A stretch of DNA of 64,000 bases from the human T2T-CHM13v2.0 reference genome, Homo sapiens: assembly GCF_009914755.1 (NCBI RefSeq), contig NC_060928.1, one strand, 5' to 3'. The notes beneath the pieces were generated by a model. That model was not told where the DNA came from and made no database searches. It saw only the letters and a program-made list of their open reading frames with translations. A program made the position numbers and the translations under genes. This document shows positions 1 through 12,170 of this stretch, piece after piece. The number at the start of each line of letters is the position of its first letter. The first letter of the stretch is position 1.

Positions 1-269
1 TGAGCCATCTGTGCTGTCGTGTGCTTGTCCACAGTGATGTCAAAGTGCGCCCTTGCTTTTGCCTGGTGTTGAACAATATGTCCCCTCAAGAGTTGAGTAT
101 TATGGCGAGGAAACTGGTTATGGTGGAAAGAAAGATGCTATCCAACAAGAAGTACATCAGCCAGCTATTAAGTAACAAATCACCCCCAAAGCTCAGTGAC
201 TTAAAACACCAATCATGCATCTTCAGGGTGGAGGTTGGCTGAGCTAGGTTGGGTGCAGCTGGATATTCT

Positions 270-555
270 AGGATAGAATTGGCATTTACTGGGAGGGGAA
301 GACACTAGAAATGACAGGTTTGTGGGTACAGGGAGCTTCAGTGGTTGGGTCAAGGGCATGTTCAGTTTGAGAGAGTGAGTAGACTTCCAGATAAAGGTGT
401 TAAGCAGGAAGTTGGAGAATTGAGCCTGGGCCTCAGGGGAGAGAACAGGCCTTGAGATTCCAGTTTGGGGAGCATCTGTTGATATTTAAAGCCATCAGAT
501 AGGGTCAAGTTAGCAAGGGCATGAATATGGACAAGAAGAGAAGATACCCAAGCGT
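270..555 (-). mobile_element. L2 LINE fragment
   Basis: Decayed L2-like sequence (catgttcagtttgag...gcaggaagttggagaattgagcctgg...tttggggagcatc...tttaaagccat); subfamily not resolved. Confidence 0.65.
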
Positions 556-674
556 ATCCAGGACAAGGAGGATCTGGTGCAGTGTGGATTTGGGAATTCA
601 CAGAGCATCACTCCACTCCTAAGAGACTGAGGGCAATGATAAGCAGAAATCACTGCTGCCTCGACTGGCCTCCG

Positions 675-1058
675 AGTGGTGGCCCAAGGGCTATAAAGTA
701 GCCCAGCCCAGACATGTGTTTTCTCAAACTTCATAGTGTTTTTTCAAAGAATTTGAATTAGCAACTGGCATTCAAAAATGGAACAATTTCCCCAAAAGTT
801 CTAGATGTTCAACTTCTATTGACAGATTAGAAGCTCTGGGCATCATGGGCCTGTATTCCTACCTGGCAACACTCAGCCAGAGCTGAGAAGTAGTTGCCAT
901 GGAGGCAGGCCAGAGCGGAGACATGGTTGCCATGGAGACAGGCCTGGGCACCTCAGTTTCCCCATCCCCACCACTCCCTATTGCCTTACACCCACTGCAC
1001 TTGGCTCATTTGTGTTTCCTGCCTAACCCCTGTGGGCCCTTAAGTGTGTAAGTCCCTG
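675..1058 (+). mobile_element. MER102 (hAT-Charlie) DNA transposon
   Basis: Matches recalled MER102 blocks: cagacatgtgtttt, tttgaattag, ccccaccactccctattg, cccctgtgggc...ccctg end. Confidence 0.8.
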
Positions 1059-1957
1059 GCTTAGTCTATGGAAGTTCTCTGTATATCTGCACATCATGTC
1101 CCCAGGATTCCTGACCTCAGAGAAGATTTGGGGCTTCTTGAATCTGTGCCCCCCATAGCCATGGAGCCCATGGGGTGGCCAAAGCCTCCTGGATACCTCA
1201 CAACATATCTTTGGAGCATTGGAGCATGAGTTTGCCATTGAGGACCTAAACTGCAAGGCTGTGTAAAACATTTTATGTGAGAAGTGAGGAGCTTTCCTTC
1301 TCGGCTGTAGTTGGGCTATGTCAGAGCCAAGTCCAGAGTTCATGTCATGGACTAAACTCACCCAGAGGCCTTTAGGAAATGAAGGAGCAAAGTGAGAAGG
1401 AAGGAGCTGGGCACTTCTTTGCATCGTCCAGGCCCCTTGCATGCCCTGCCAGCCTTCCCCTGGGACACTTACCTTTTGTGGTACATCAGGGTCTTGAATG
1501 ACTACAGCGTGAAAATGGCAAAGCAGACATTTTTCCCAAGCTCCGTCCTCAAGGCACAGAGGAATTTTAAATGGCTCTGGGTTGGGGTACTTGGCATAAT
1601 TTGCAGCACTAAATCCAAAACAGATTTGAGCAGCCACAGCCACAGAGCCACAGTGCTGGGTCCCAGGTCTGGAATGTCATTGGAACAGGAGTTGCCCAGC
1701 TTGTGCTGGAAGAATGAGGAGCACTGGTGGGAGAATGGAGTGGAGGCTACACAGCGTTCTGGGCACCAGATGCAAGGTGGCCGAGTCGCAGCGCTGCAGT
1801 CATGGGCAAATCACTTGGCTTTTCTGGACCTCACTTTTCTCATCTCTGAAATGGGAGAGGGGTTTCAGTTGATGATGCCAACGAATTACAATGGCTCAAG
1901 GAAGTGGTGTTGAGAGGATTCCCACCTTGGCCCTCAGCAGCCCTATGGGACACTGGG

Positions 1958-2190
1958 GAGTAGTGTTTAAGGCACTTGGCACCAGACTGGATGAGACTGA
2001 GTCCTGCCTCTACCACTTATGGGCTGTGTGGCTTTGGGAAAGTAACTTTACCTCTCTGTGCCTCAATTTCTTCCTCTGCAGAATGGGGATGATCGTAACC
2101 CCCACCGTATAGGTTAGCAGTGAAGATCGGTAATAACGCTAAGATCATGGATGCTTGCCATGGTCCAGGCTCTGTTGTAAGTGCTCTGCA
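1958..2190 (+). mobile_element. MIR SINE
   Basis: MIR core: gctgtgtggctttgggaaagtaactttacctctctgtgcctcaatttcttcctctgcagaatgggg. Confidence 0.85.
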
Positions 2191-2265
2191 GTTTGTGGAG
2201 TTAAAACTTGTTGTGAGCTCAGCACAGCCATGACATGCCACCTCTGTTGGATGCAAGCTGGCCAT

Positions 2266-2660
2266 TGTACTGGGTTGAACAGTGTCCCCCCAGAATTCAT
2301 GTTCACCTGGAGCCTCAGAATGGGATCTTATTTGGAAGTAGGGTCTTTGCAGATTTAATTAGTTAAGACAAAGTCATACTGGATTAGAGTAGACCCTAAA
2401 TCCAATGACTACTCTGCCTAGAAGAATCTGTAGGAAGACAGAGGCAGAGATTGGTGGGATGCTGCCACAAGCTAAGGAATGCTAGGAAACCCCAGGAGCT
2501 GGAAGTGGCAAGTAAGGATCCTCCCCTGGAACCTTCAGAGAGAGCATGGCCCTGCTGACACCTTGAGGCCAGTTGCTGGCCTCTACAATTGCCAGAGAAT
2601 AAGTTTTGATTGTTTAAAGCCACCTGGTTAGTGGTGTTTTGTTACCACAGCCCTAGGAGC
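2266..2660 (+). mobile_element. MLT1C-like MaLR solo LTR
   Basis: Starts TG; gggttgaacagtgtcccccc, ttatttggaagtagggtctttgcagat, gctgacaccttga, ttgtttaaagccacc. Confidence 0.85.
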
Positions 2661-3489
2661 CGTGTTTATCACTTTATGAATAAAGACAGGGATAATCAGA
2701 GATGGGGTGGAGGTGGGCTGAGGTGAACGCGAATGCAGAACTTAGCAATTTGCCAGGTATTTGGGAGCTTAAAAAAAAAAAGTAGAAGGGAAAGAGGAAG
2801 GAAAGTGCTACTTTTTGAGTATCTCTGAAGGATTAGGCAAGATGTGATTTTATTCCTATTATTCATAAGAAAATCAGGGCTCAGGTAGATGGAGCAACTC
2901 ACTCCTGGTCACACATCTAAGGGAAGGAGGCTGAGTTTCAAACCTTGCCTTGGTGACTCCATTGCCCTTGTACTGTCTACTGCCCCTCACTCCCTTCTGC
3001 TCTGCTAGAATGCAGGCTTCACTGGGACCAAGCCAGGTTTGAATTCCCTGTGACTGGCACAGAGTGAGCCAGCTGTAAATATTGGCTGATGAATGAATGA
3101 ATGTCCAGAGTTCCCTAATAGTACTGGAATTCTAGGTCTCTAATTTTTCCTGTTTCTTAGTTCCGATTTTTATTCCAACTTCAGTCTTATGATTATGACT
3201 CCTGGGAAACAGGAAGGGGATTTTCTTCCCAAATATAACTGTGCCCCCAAAGTTGTGGTCACGCTGGCTGCGGCCCCTCAGATCTCCCTGTGTAGAGAAC
3301 CAGCCATGAGGAGTGAAATTGGGTGCAGCCCCTGACTGCTGCACCTTTGGGATCTGCTGCAGTGTCCACACTCCCCCAGGTGGCTCCTGGACAGTGACCT
3401 CTCAGAATGGGGCTAGGAGAGCTGGTCATTTCTACCCAATGCCTGCCTCCCTGCTCTTGCTTTCAACTTTTCTTTTTTCTGTTTAGATG

Positions 3490-4080
3490 TAGAACCCTTT
3501 AAAAAATTTCAAATAGATTCTTATATAGGGTTCTGGTAAAATAAAAACTATATGAATGGCATTTTATTAGTCTACAATAACATTTACTTGTAAAACTGTA
3601 CAATGAGGAAAATGGAGTGGTTACAAACACAAACGTTTAAAATAAGGAGTTATGTCTGAGACGGTCTCTCTTAGCCTCCAAAGCTAATTTATTTCTGATT
3701 TCTGAAGTTTGTTTGGATTCACTGTATTGCAAGTACAAATGCTCATTCACAAAAATAAATATATGCAAATGGTGACATCCTTCAAACATCTTGTCTCACT
3801 GTCTCAGGTAATGCATTAATTAAATACAGATGAAAGGAGGGGGTTTTTGAGGTGTTTCTTTTTCTTAAGTCTGAATGAAACCTAGTTAACCTGGCAGTCC
3901 AAGTTATAACAGATTTGTGGTGGCCCCCAGTGTGTTAAAATCTGTCTCCATCCATTGGATTGTATGTTATTTTTTATTCCATTTTTAGAAGGGTTGACAA
4001 TTCTATTAAAACATTGAAATATGAAACAAACATCTGAGAAATTCTTAAAGAGCAATTTAAAATCACTGGCTGAGATTTTA
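3490..4080 (-). mobile_element. Decayed hAT/Charlie transposon with transposase C-terminal remnant
   Basis: Minus strand 3778-3737 reads MSPFAYIYFCE*AF, followed by a frameshifted FRNKLALEA, resembling the hAT dimerization motif (LPFxxTYLCExxFS...RNRL); AT-rich block; boundaries approximate. Confidence 0.6.
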
Positions 4081-4123
4081 TGAGGATCCTTCCCAGCTCA
4101 GACATGCTGTGGTAAGGGGGCTC

Positions 4124-4620
4124 TGTTATTTATTACCACAATAAAGCTGCATAATAACACAACCCTCAGTGGCTTAAAAGAAGAAAGCATTTCTTTCTCT
4201 CATGAGTGGCTGTTGTTTTAGGCTGGGCTCAGCTGGGCGGTTCTTCTGGTCTTGGCTGGAGTCACTTTCATTTTTGGTGACTGGTGGTAGGCTGGCTAAC
4301 CTAGAAGAGTCCTTGCTGGGGCAGCTGGGGAGATGGGCTGCTCCACATGTCTCCCCATCCAGCAGGCCAGTCCAGGTATGCTTTTGCAGCCAAGGCTGAG
4401 AACAAGAGCAGATGGGAAACACATCAGCACTCTTTCAAGTTTGTGCTTGTGTCACATTCACTCCCATCTCTTTGGCCAAAGCAAGGCACTAAGATGAACT
4501 CAGACCTAGGGGTAGGGAGACAGGCTCAGTTTCTTCAGTGAGAGGAACTTCAAAGTCATGTGGCAAAGGATGTGGGAAGAGGTAGATCATCAGGGTCATC
4601 AATGCAGCCGTATACCATAC
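4124..4620 (-). mobile_element. Old MLT1 (G/H-type) MaLR LTR
   Basis: ctcagtggcttaaaa, gctgggctcagctgggcggttcttctg, tttggccaaagcaag, caaagtcatgtggcaaagg. Confidence 0.75.
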
Positions 4621-4713
4621 TACCTTCCCCAAGTTCTTGCCTTGACTCACTGGAATAAGGAAGTTCAACCAATCCCTGTTGGGTATATTAGGTATATTAG
4701 TTTGGGGATAGTG

Positions 4714-5104
4714 GGTATAATAGTTTGCAGGGGTTTACAAAACAAAATATCACCAACTGGGTGGCTTAAACAACAGAAATTAATTTTCTCATAATTCTGG
4801 AGGCTAGAAATCCAAGATCAAGGTGTCAGCAGCTTAGGTTTCTTCTGTGGCCTCCCTAGGTGGCTTGTAGACAGTGTCTTTTCCCTGTGTCTTCACATGG
4901 TAATCCCTCTATGTGTGTTTGTGTATCAGTCTTCTCTTCTTATAAGGACTTCAGTCATATTGGATTAGGGCCCACCTAATGACCTTATTTTCGCTGAATC
5001 ACCTCTTCAAAGGCTCTATCTCCAAATATGGCAATATTCTGAGGTACTGGGGGTTAGGACTTCGAAATATGAATTTTGGATTGGACACAAGTCAGCCCAT
5101 AACA
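4714..5104 (-). mobile_element. MLT1B-like MaLR solo LTR
   Basis: actgggtggcttaaacaacagaaatt, tccaagatcaaggtgtcagca, ttggattagggcccacc, ends cagcccataaca. Confidence 0.9.
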
Positions 5105-6159
5105 GTTAGAAGAGACTTTTTCTCTTCTCACCACCCCTTATAGGCAAGATTGGACTAGGGGCTGGGGTTTTTACACCATGCAAAAAGCAGGCTCTGCTGC
5201 CTCTCTCTGTGTCTTCTGTTCTCTGAGAATGCCTGTCCTTGGCCAGAGTGAATTCATTCTGCATTCTTGGCTCCAGAAAGGGGGCCTCCCATAGAACCTT
5301 CCCAGCCTGTAGAAGAGGAAGTTTTCTCCAGCTTCATAGCCCATACTTGCTGGATAAGACCCAAGCGCAAGAGGAGTGAGCTCCATTAGACCCTTGAGGC
5401 AAAGCTATTGTTCTCCAACCCAGCTTACCAGGGGTAACGCACTTTGGGTCACAAAGTTCATGCCACAAGCAGGAATTAGCCCAGTTCTTTGTGTATCTTC
5501 TACCTGGGAAGTGGGAAGCGTAGCTGATAGCCTACTCTAATCTGTAACATCTCCAAGACCGTCACAATGAAGCCCCTGGGCACGTCCCAGGCGCCACCAA
5601 GTCAATGAGGCTAACATGCACTTTTCTGAGCCCTGGTTCCTCTCTCCTGTGAAGACAGCTATGTGATTAGGAGCCCTGGCTGAGCACCACACCATGATCC
5701 CTCCAGTTCTTGCCACTGCCAGAGCCAGGGAAGTGCAATGTTGGCAGAAACCATGGGAAATACTGGGATGGAGCCATTTTTGGTAGTAGATGTGATCTTT
5801 TTCTCTTAATACAGCTGTAACATAATGGAATGGCAGGAGGAAAACTAGATCGTGGCTGGAATTCTTCCAGAGCTCTTAAGGCTAAGGTGAAAAGTGGAGA
5901 AATCCATGAGATGACCACAAGGGCTCTGGATGGCCATGGCCATCCAATGTGGCTCTTTGCACTCTCTGTCTCCCTGAATGCCTGGCTTAATATTGACTGT
6001 GTAAAAACCTAATATGTCACTTTAGCAAATTTGTTGGAGCAATTTTTATGAATGGGATGGATGGGAGGTGGGAAGCAGAATGTTGGAACAGGAAGGTTTA
6101 ATTGACTTATTTACATTCTATTATTTCTAAACTTCTACCTCACATCAAAAAGGATTTGA

Positions 6160-6455
6160 GGCCAGGCATGATGGCTCATGCCTCTAATCCCAGCACTTTG
6201 GGAGGCTGAGGCAGCAGGATTGCCTGAGGTTAAGGGTTCAAGACCAGCCTGGCAACATAGTAAGACCCCATCTCTAAAAAATTAAAAACATAAGATTAGC
6301 CAGGCATGGTGGCATCCACCTGTAGTCCCAGCTACTTGGGAGGCTGAGGCAGGAGGATTGCTTGAGCCTAGGAACTCAAGGCTTCAGTAAACTGTGATTG
6401 CACCATCTCATTCCAGCCTGGGTGATGGAGCAAGACCTCAACTCTTAAAAATAAA
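6160..6455 (+). mobile_element. AluJ SINE
   Basis: Dimeric Alu with J-type gaggattgcttgagcc; CpG-depleted. Confidence 0.9.
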
Positions 6456-7322
6456 TTTGAAACATCATGTTAATGTGTATTTAATACCATAAGAATGGAA
6501 ACAAAATCAAGGGCATTTAGTACAATAGGAAAACAGAAGTAAGAAAATAAGAGTGAGCCAAAGCTAAGTTCGGTCTTCGGAGGGAAGCATACCATAGGTA
6601 GTGTGTATTTGCCACAGCCATGCTGAAAGGTTGGTCTCTGTGGTTCCTTGTGGCCAAAGCAGAAGGTAAAAATGATCAGATACAAGATTCACAGAGACTC
6701 TAAGACAAAAACATTTGCTCAAACGTTTGAAAACATTTGCTCAAAGGAAGCTCAACTGCTCCTGGTACAGAGACCTATGAAGAAATTTTTCCTGTAAGTC
6801 CTCAGAAAGCAAGCCTCTCCAGCTGAGCTCCACAGGGCTGGGAATTCAGGCCTGTCCTGCACATTGCATGAAGCCAACTGAAGCAAGAGGAACGCATGGA
6901 GCAGAGAAGCAGAGAGAGGCAAAGGAAGAGGCTGTCTCTGCATCATCAATCACACAGATGCAGAGTCTACCCTGTCATGGGGGTCACTGTGGCTTAAGCA
7001 TGGCTTCCAGACCATTTTTTTTCAAGGTTGGGCAAATGTTTGAGTCAAAGGCGGAGGTGGGCGGCCAAGCCTACCTTGGCCCCGCTGGGGAGGAAGGGGC
7101 AGACCGGGGGGGTCTCTGGGTCTCTGGAGCCTTCTAGGTTGGAAATTCCCATGAACCCCCTGACACCAGGCAGGCAGAAGCAGTGAGGTCTGGGAGTTTG
7201 GGGTTTTGTTTCTTGGGGGAAGAGGTGAGTTCGTTCTAAGTTTGGGGTGAAATGTTTGCTGAATATTCAGAGTCCAAAAAGGCAGGCTGTGGAGTCACTT
7301 CCTCTCCTTGGTGAGCACAGTA

Positions 7323-7845
7323 CAGGAGTCTCTCCCTGCTTATCTCGGGGGGATATATCAGATGACCCCAGTGGACGCCTGAAACTGCAGGTAGTACAGA
7401 ACCCTACGTATACTATACACAAATTTCTTTTTTTTCTTCCTAATTTCACAGATAGAAGATTCATTCTTTAAAATATCTTGGCAACCTCAGCACATATTTT
7501 TTTCTCTTTCCTTATAAAGTCCGGAACTTCACCTTTTTGCTTGGAGGAAACACTTTATGTGCACTTTTGCACATCTAAATGGCCAGCATCACCACTCCGT
7601 GCTTTGGAGCCATTGTGAATAAAGCGGCTGTAGATCTGATAACTGAGGCAGCTACTAAGTGACTAACAGCATAGTGTAGACAGCATGGATACCTGAAGGC
7701 TGCAAATTTCATCAAACGAGCAATTTAAAACTTATGAATTGAATTATTTGTTTCTGGAATTTTTCGTTTAATATTTTCAAACCCCTTGTTGACCATGGGT
7801 AACTGAAACCACAGAAAGGGAAAGGCAGTTAAGAGAGGACTAATG
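7323..7845 (-). mobile_element. MER44B-like (Tigger7, Tc1/mariner) element
   Basis: Decayed terminal inverted repeats (caggagtctctccctgcttatc / ttaagagaggactaatg) flanked by TA at 7321 and 7846; internal gaccccagtggacgcctgaaac and tttctggaattttt. Confidence 0.85.
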
Positions 7846-8264
7846 TACTCGAAGCCCACACTTTCCAGTCCTCCCCTCCCCTGCGGCTGACCCCCGTGCT
7901 CCCCCACCTTGTCCCGTGGAGTCACATTACTGGTTCTGGCCAATGGATTAGGAGTGGAAGGAAGCCACGCCCCTTCCCAAGCCACACCCCTCCTGGTCAG
8001 GTGTGACCCACCTACTGTGCTCTTTTTTGGACCAGGTGGCCCAGTAACCTGAATGCCTGGAGGTGACCAGACACACACCGGCTATCTAACTCTCCACATC
8101 ACCTTTTGAAAGGGCTGCTTGGAGAGCCACCAGGCCAACCGACTTTGTGTCTTTAAGATTGAACACTTAGTTTATTACTGCCACAGATACAGTGGGGGCC
8201 AAGGCAGACAGGATAGTAAATCTTAGCACACTCCATTGCTGTGGGGACTAAATGAGAGGGCTCC

Positions 8265-8490
8265 AGCATGCTCTGGAGCCTGTCGGCTTGGGTTTGAATC
8301 TCAGCTTTGCCCCCTACTAGCGCTGTTACTTTGGGCAAGGAATAGCACCTCAGTTGCTCCACCCATAAATGGGGATAATCATAGCCCCTGCCAAGAGGGC
8401 TGCTGAGAGCTCTCATAAGACAGGAGACGTAGGCACCCAGCGCCTGCCGAGAACTTAAGGTGCTGAGCACAGTGTGGCACAGCTGCTAGC
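8265..8490 (+). mobile_element. MIR SINE
   Basis: gggtttgaatctcagct...ctttgggcaag...cctcagtt...aaatggggataat. Confidence 0.8.
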
Positions 8491-9439
8491 TCCCTGCCCC
8501 CAGTCCAACATCCCCACTTCTCCAGCCTTCCCCACCTTGTTATGTCATCCTGCATGGAGTGGAAGAGCCAAAGATGAACAATAAACAAAGCTAGCCCAAG
8601 GGGGTGTTCAGTCCTAAGTGCCCCAAGAGGCTGCACTCATGTGCTGTGTAACCTTGAGTAAGTCACACAACATCTCCGTGTGTCAGTTTTCTCAGCTGTG
8701 GAATGAAGGCTGTGCAGGAGTGTGTGTTGTGAATTTGGCTCCCTTCTGCGGGATGGGAACTGCATTTCCCAGAACTCCCTCCCCTATATTGTCCTGTAGA
8801 GTTGCCCAGGAAGGAAGCTCCGAGCGGGATGTGGGAGATGGAAGGGAAGCTGAGGCCATTGATCCCGGATGATCACGTTGGCCACACTTGGTGGCAGACT
8901 CAGAGGTGTGTGGTGGGCTTCCGCGTGTCCTTACTGTCCTGCTCTCTGCATCTAGCTCATCTTCCCAAGTGACAGCCCTGCTGGCAAACATCAGCCCAAG
9001 CCTGCCACTAGGAGCTTGGTTGCGGGCAGCTTGGAAGGGGGCAGCTCCCAGAGGAGCCAGGTTCTCCAGGCCTCAGCCCCTCAGGTGCCCTTCTCCAGAC
9101 GCATGCCGCTTCTTGGATTTTCCTGCAAACCTTCGCCTGTCTGGCCCTGCTGGTGCCGGACCTGTGTGGCAAGGCGCTGAGTGATGTCTCTCTCAGGTCC
9201 TCAGGGTGCTCCTCCAGACCTCCCCTTCCAGGTGGCCCTCATCTGCGTGCAGGCTAATTCCTGTAAGAAATTCCCTCTTCCCTTAGGACTCCTGCAGCTC
9301 TGCTGAACCCTGAGTGCAAGGGTGACCCCCGGCCCCAGGGCGTCATGGAGACAGCCAGGGGAGGGTTGACTCCCTCCTTACCAACCTTGCCGCTGTTCCT
9401 GCTACAGGGCCGGGGGTGGGGGTGCCCCTTTGGCATGGT

Positions 9440-9735
9440 GGCATGCCTTTCTCTTGTCACCACAAATTCTTTACGAAGATAAATATTGAATGGCTGCTTA
9501 GCGGTCCATTGACTAGATGACCCTTAGTTTATTTAACTAGTCCCCCATGGTTGGACGTTTCTGTTATTTCCAATTCTCTAATATAATTAACGCCATGGTG
9601 GAAGCTTTTGTTCCTGATCTTTATTCAAACATCGGGTTCTTTCCATATGATAGGTTTCTAGAAGTGGAATTCCCAAGTCAAAATTGTTTGAGACTCGTTG
9701 TATGGACAGTCGAATTGCCCCTAGAAACGTGCCTT
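9440..9735 (-). mobile_element. Old L1M (L1ME-type) fragment
   Basis: tttatttaactagtcccc, gttatttccaatt, tttctagaagtggaatt, typical of antisense L1M 3' region. Confidence 0.65.
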
Positions 9736-11242
9736 TATTACAGGGCTGCAGACATGGAGCCCAGGGAGGGGCGAGCTGCCTGGACTCACAAAACAAGTCT
9801 GGGCAGTGTAGACAGGAAGGCAGCCGGCACCTGCCAGCAAGAGAACCCAGGAGTTTGCTGGGGGACTTGGGTGATGACAGAGCCTGGGGTGGGGTGGGAT
9901 GCAGCCAGGGGAGATTGCCGGAGCTGACAGGGCCTTATGCTGTGGGGACTAAAGACTCTCGGGCGTCGTCTGAGCCAGTCATTTTCAACATTCGCTTTGG
10001 CTCCAGAACCAGGTGTGTCTGTGGGTGTGTGCAGATCAGTTCATTTCCTCGAAAGATGGGTAGACAAGCAGACTTGTGCAAAGACTCATCTCAGTGTTCA
10101 TCACAGTGTCATCCATACCAGAGAAGGCTGGGAAATCACCACTACCATAGCTCTGGTGACTGGGGTGGGACCTGAAGCCCCTCCCACTCCCCTGCCACGG
10201 CCACGAGGTCCCTGCGGCCCCACCTGGAATGGTCATGGTGCACCCTTGCCTCTGCTTCCCTGAGCTGGCTCAGAACCCATTCCTGGCTGGGCCCTCCCCA
10301 CTGCAAGGCTTGAAAGGCCTGGAGAGAGGGGACAGACACCCACAGACATCCCGACCAGCTCAGCACATCCTGATTCAGGGTGACTTCCCCCTCTCCATTA
10401 AAACAGCCCTGGCCCAAAGACAAACAAGCATCCTGAATTTATGGTCCTGTTAGCACGACAGCAGCGCAGCCAGGCGTTCCTTCTTGGCCACGCTCTGCAG
10501 AGGGCTCCCTGTAGGTCTCCCCTCCTATTGGAGAAATGTCCCAGCCAGGCCTGCTCCCCCTGCCCCCAGTTAACTCTGGGGGTCTCAGGCCACTCCTAAG
10601 GGCTTGTTCTGTGTGCACCAACTGAACAGCAGCCTCTCATTCAGTATGCGGGTTAGGGAGAGGAGAAAAACAACCAAAGTCGCTTGGGCGGAAAAAACCA
10701 GGACACGATTGATTCCCAAAGGCCATATTTTTTTTTGCACTGTTTCCTTCAAGTCTGTGGCCCAGGCAGGCAAGGAGTAATATATTAGCTCCGTTGGTTT
10801 AACTGGACAGCAGCATGAGCTTGTAATAAGGATGTGGTAATACACCACGAGAATCTGTAGGCTCATAAAACTTGACCTTATAAATCTCCAAGTGTATCAA
10901 TTCCATACAGCAGCCACTCCCTGCAGTGGAAGCCACAGACTTATAAAGTGGCCGTTGATAACAGAACAGTTTACCCCCAACCCACCTCCCTTCTTTAAAA
11001 CTCCCCAAGACAGACTAATCAGGGCACATTCATAATTCCTCCTGAAACAGGAATGCCACATCAAAACACACAAGACCCAAACTGGTCTCTAGGATCAGGG
11101 AGTAGGAGCCCAAGAGGTTAAGCAAGCTCATTAACAATTGGGATAAAATGTTCCCTAGACAACTTCCTCTCTCTTCCCCCTGCCTGTCTTCAGCCTCTTT
11201 GGGTGTGAGGGCAGTGGTGCTACTGCTATATGCTCCCTAGAT

Positions 11243-11469
11243 CAGGATTTGTGAAACGTTTTCTGTAAAGGGACAGACACTAGATATTTTAGGCTTCTTG
11301 GGCCATTTGGCTTCTGGTGTCTGTCATAACTACCAACTCTGCTGTTGTCGGGTGAGAACAGCCATAGACAATGTGTAAACTAGTGGGTGTGGTTCTGTGC
11401 CAATAAAACTTTATTTACAAAAATAAGCAGGCAGGATTTGGCCCTCGGGTTGGCGTTTGCTAACCTCTG
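11243..11469 (+). mobile_element. MER58A (hAT-Charlie) element
   Basis: ttttctgtaaaggg, cagccatagacaat, ccaataaaactttatttacaaaaa; CAG...CTG ends; degenerate 8-bp TSD ccctagat/ctctaaat. Confidence 0.9.
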
Positions 11470-11589
11470 CTCTAAATGGTGCATCCTCATCCTTAACATC
11501 CTCGTCACTGGCAACTCGCCCTCCGAGTGATAAGGGGGCTAGCCTGCAGAATTCAAGTCAGCACCTGGGATTCCCAGCAAGGGCTCCTG

Positions 11590-11775
11590 ACACCCAGAGG
11601 TGTGTCAGACTGTTTTCCACACCTCATCTCATTTGAACTGGGAGAGGGAGGTGTCATTGCCTCTTCCTGTTCCACAGATAAGAAAACTGAGATCCAGAGA
11701 GGTTAAGTGGTTTTCCCAAAGTCATAGAACTAGCATGGGACATGACACGATTCGAGCCGGCAGCTCCGGTCTCAC
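11590..11775 (-). mobile_element. MIR SINE
   Basis: acagataagaaaactgagatccagagaggttaagtggttttcccaaagtcatag. Confidence 0.8.
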
Positions 11776-11994
11776 ATGCTCAGGAGAAGGGCAGGGAGGT
11801 AGCAGTGACCATATGTGAGGCACTACGGTGACATCACTTCATTTGCCCCAGAATAAGGTGCTTGGCATATTGTGTCTGGTTTTCTCAAATCCTTGCAAGC
11901 TCTCGGGTCTCCCGTCATCAGCCTTCCTCCTGGCTATCACCACATCCCCCACACTTATGTTTTATGTGTCTGTCATAACTGCTCTTTTAGAGTT

Positions 11995-12170
11995 GACGGG
12001 TCCTCGCTCCTAGCTGTGTAGACTTGAGCAGTTACTAAACCTCTCAGACCCTCATCTGCAAAAGGACATAGAAGAGCCGTACTGCAAGATCGTCACAAGG
12101 ATTAAACAAAACACGCGGGAAAGTTCCTGGGAAACTAAAATGCTGAGTAAATGTTAGTTTATCTAATTTT
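11995..12170 (+). mobile_element. MIR SINE
   Basis: tagctgtgtagacttgagcagttactaaacctctcag...ctcatctgcaaaa...aggattaaa. Confidence 0.7.

Noticed and set aside
1023-1913. Overlapping 206-aa and 173-aa ORFs
   Set aside because: No recognisable protein similarity; they run into MER102/MIR; length is compatible with chance at this GC content
6090-6830. Ancient LINE-like sequence around the AluJ (caaaaaggatttgag...)
   Set aside because: Probably an old L2d/L4-type 3' end, but I cannot assign family or boundaries
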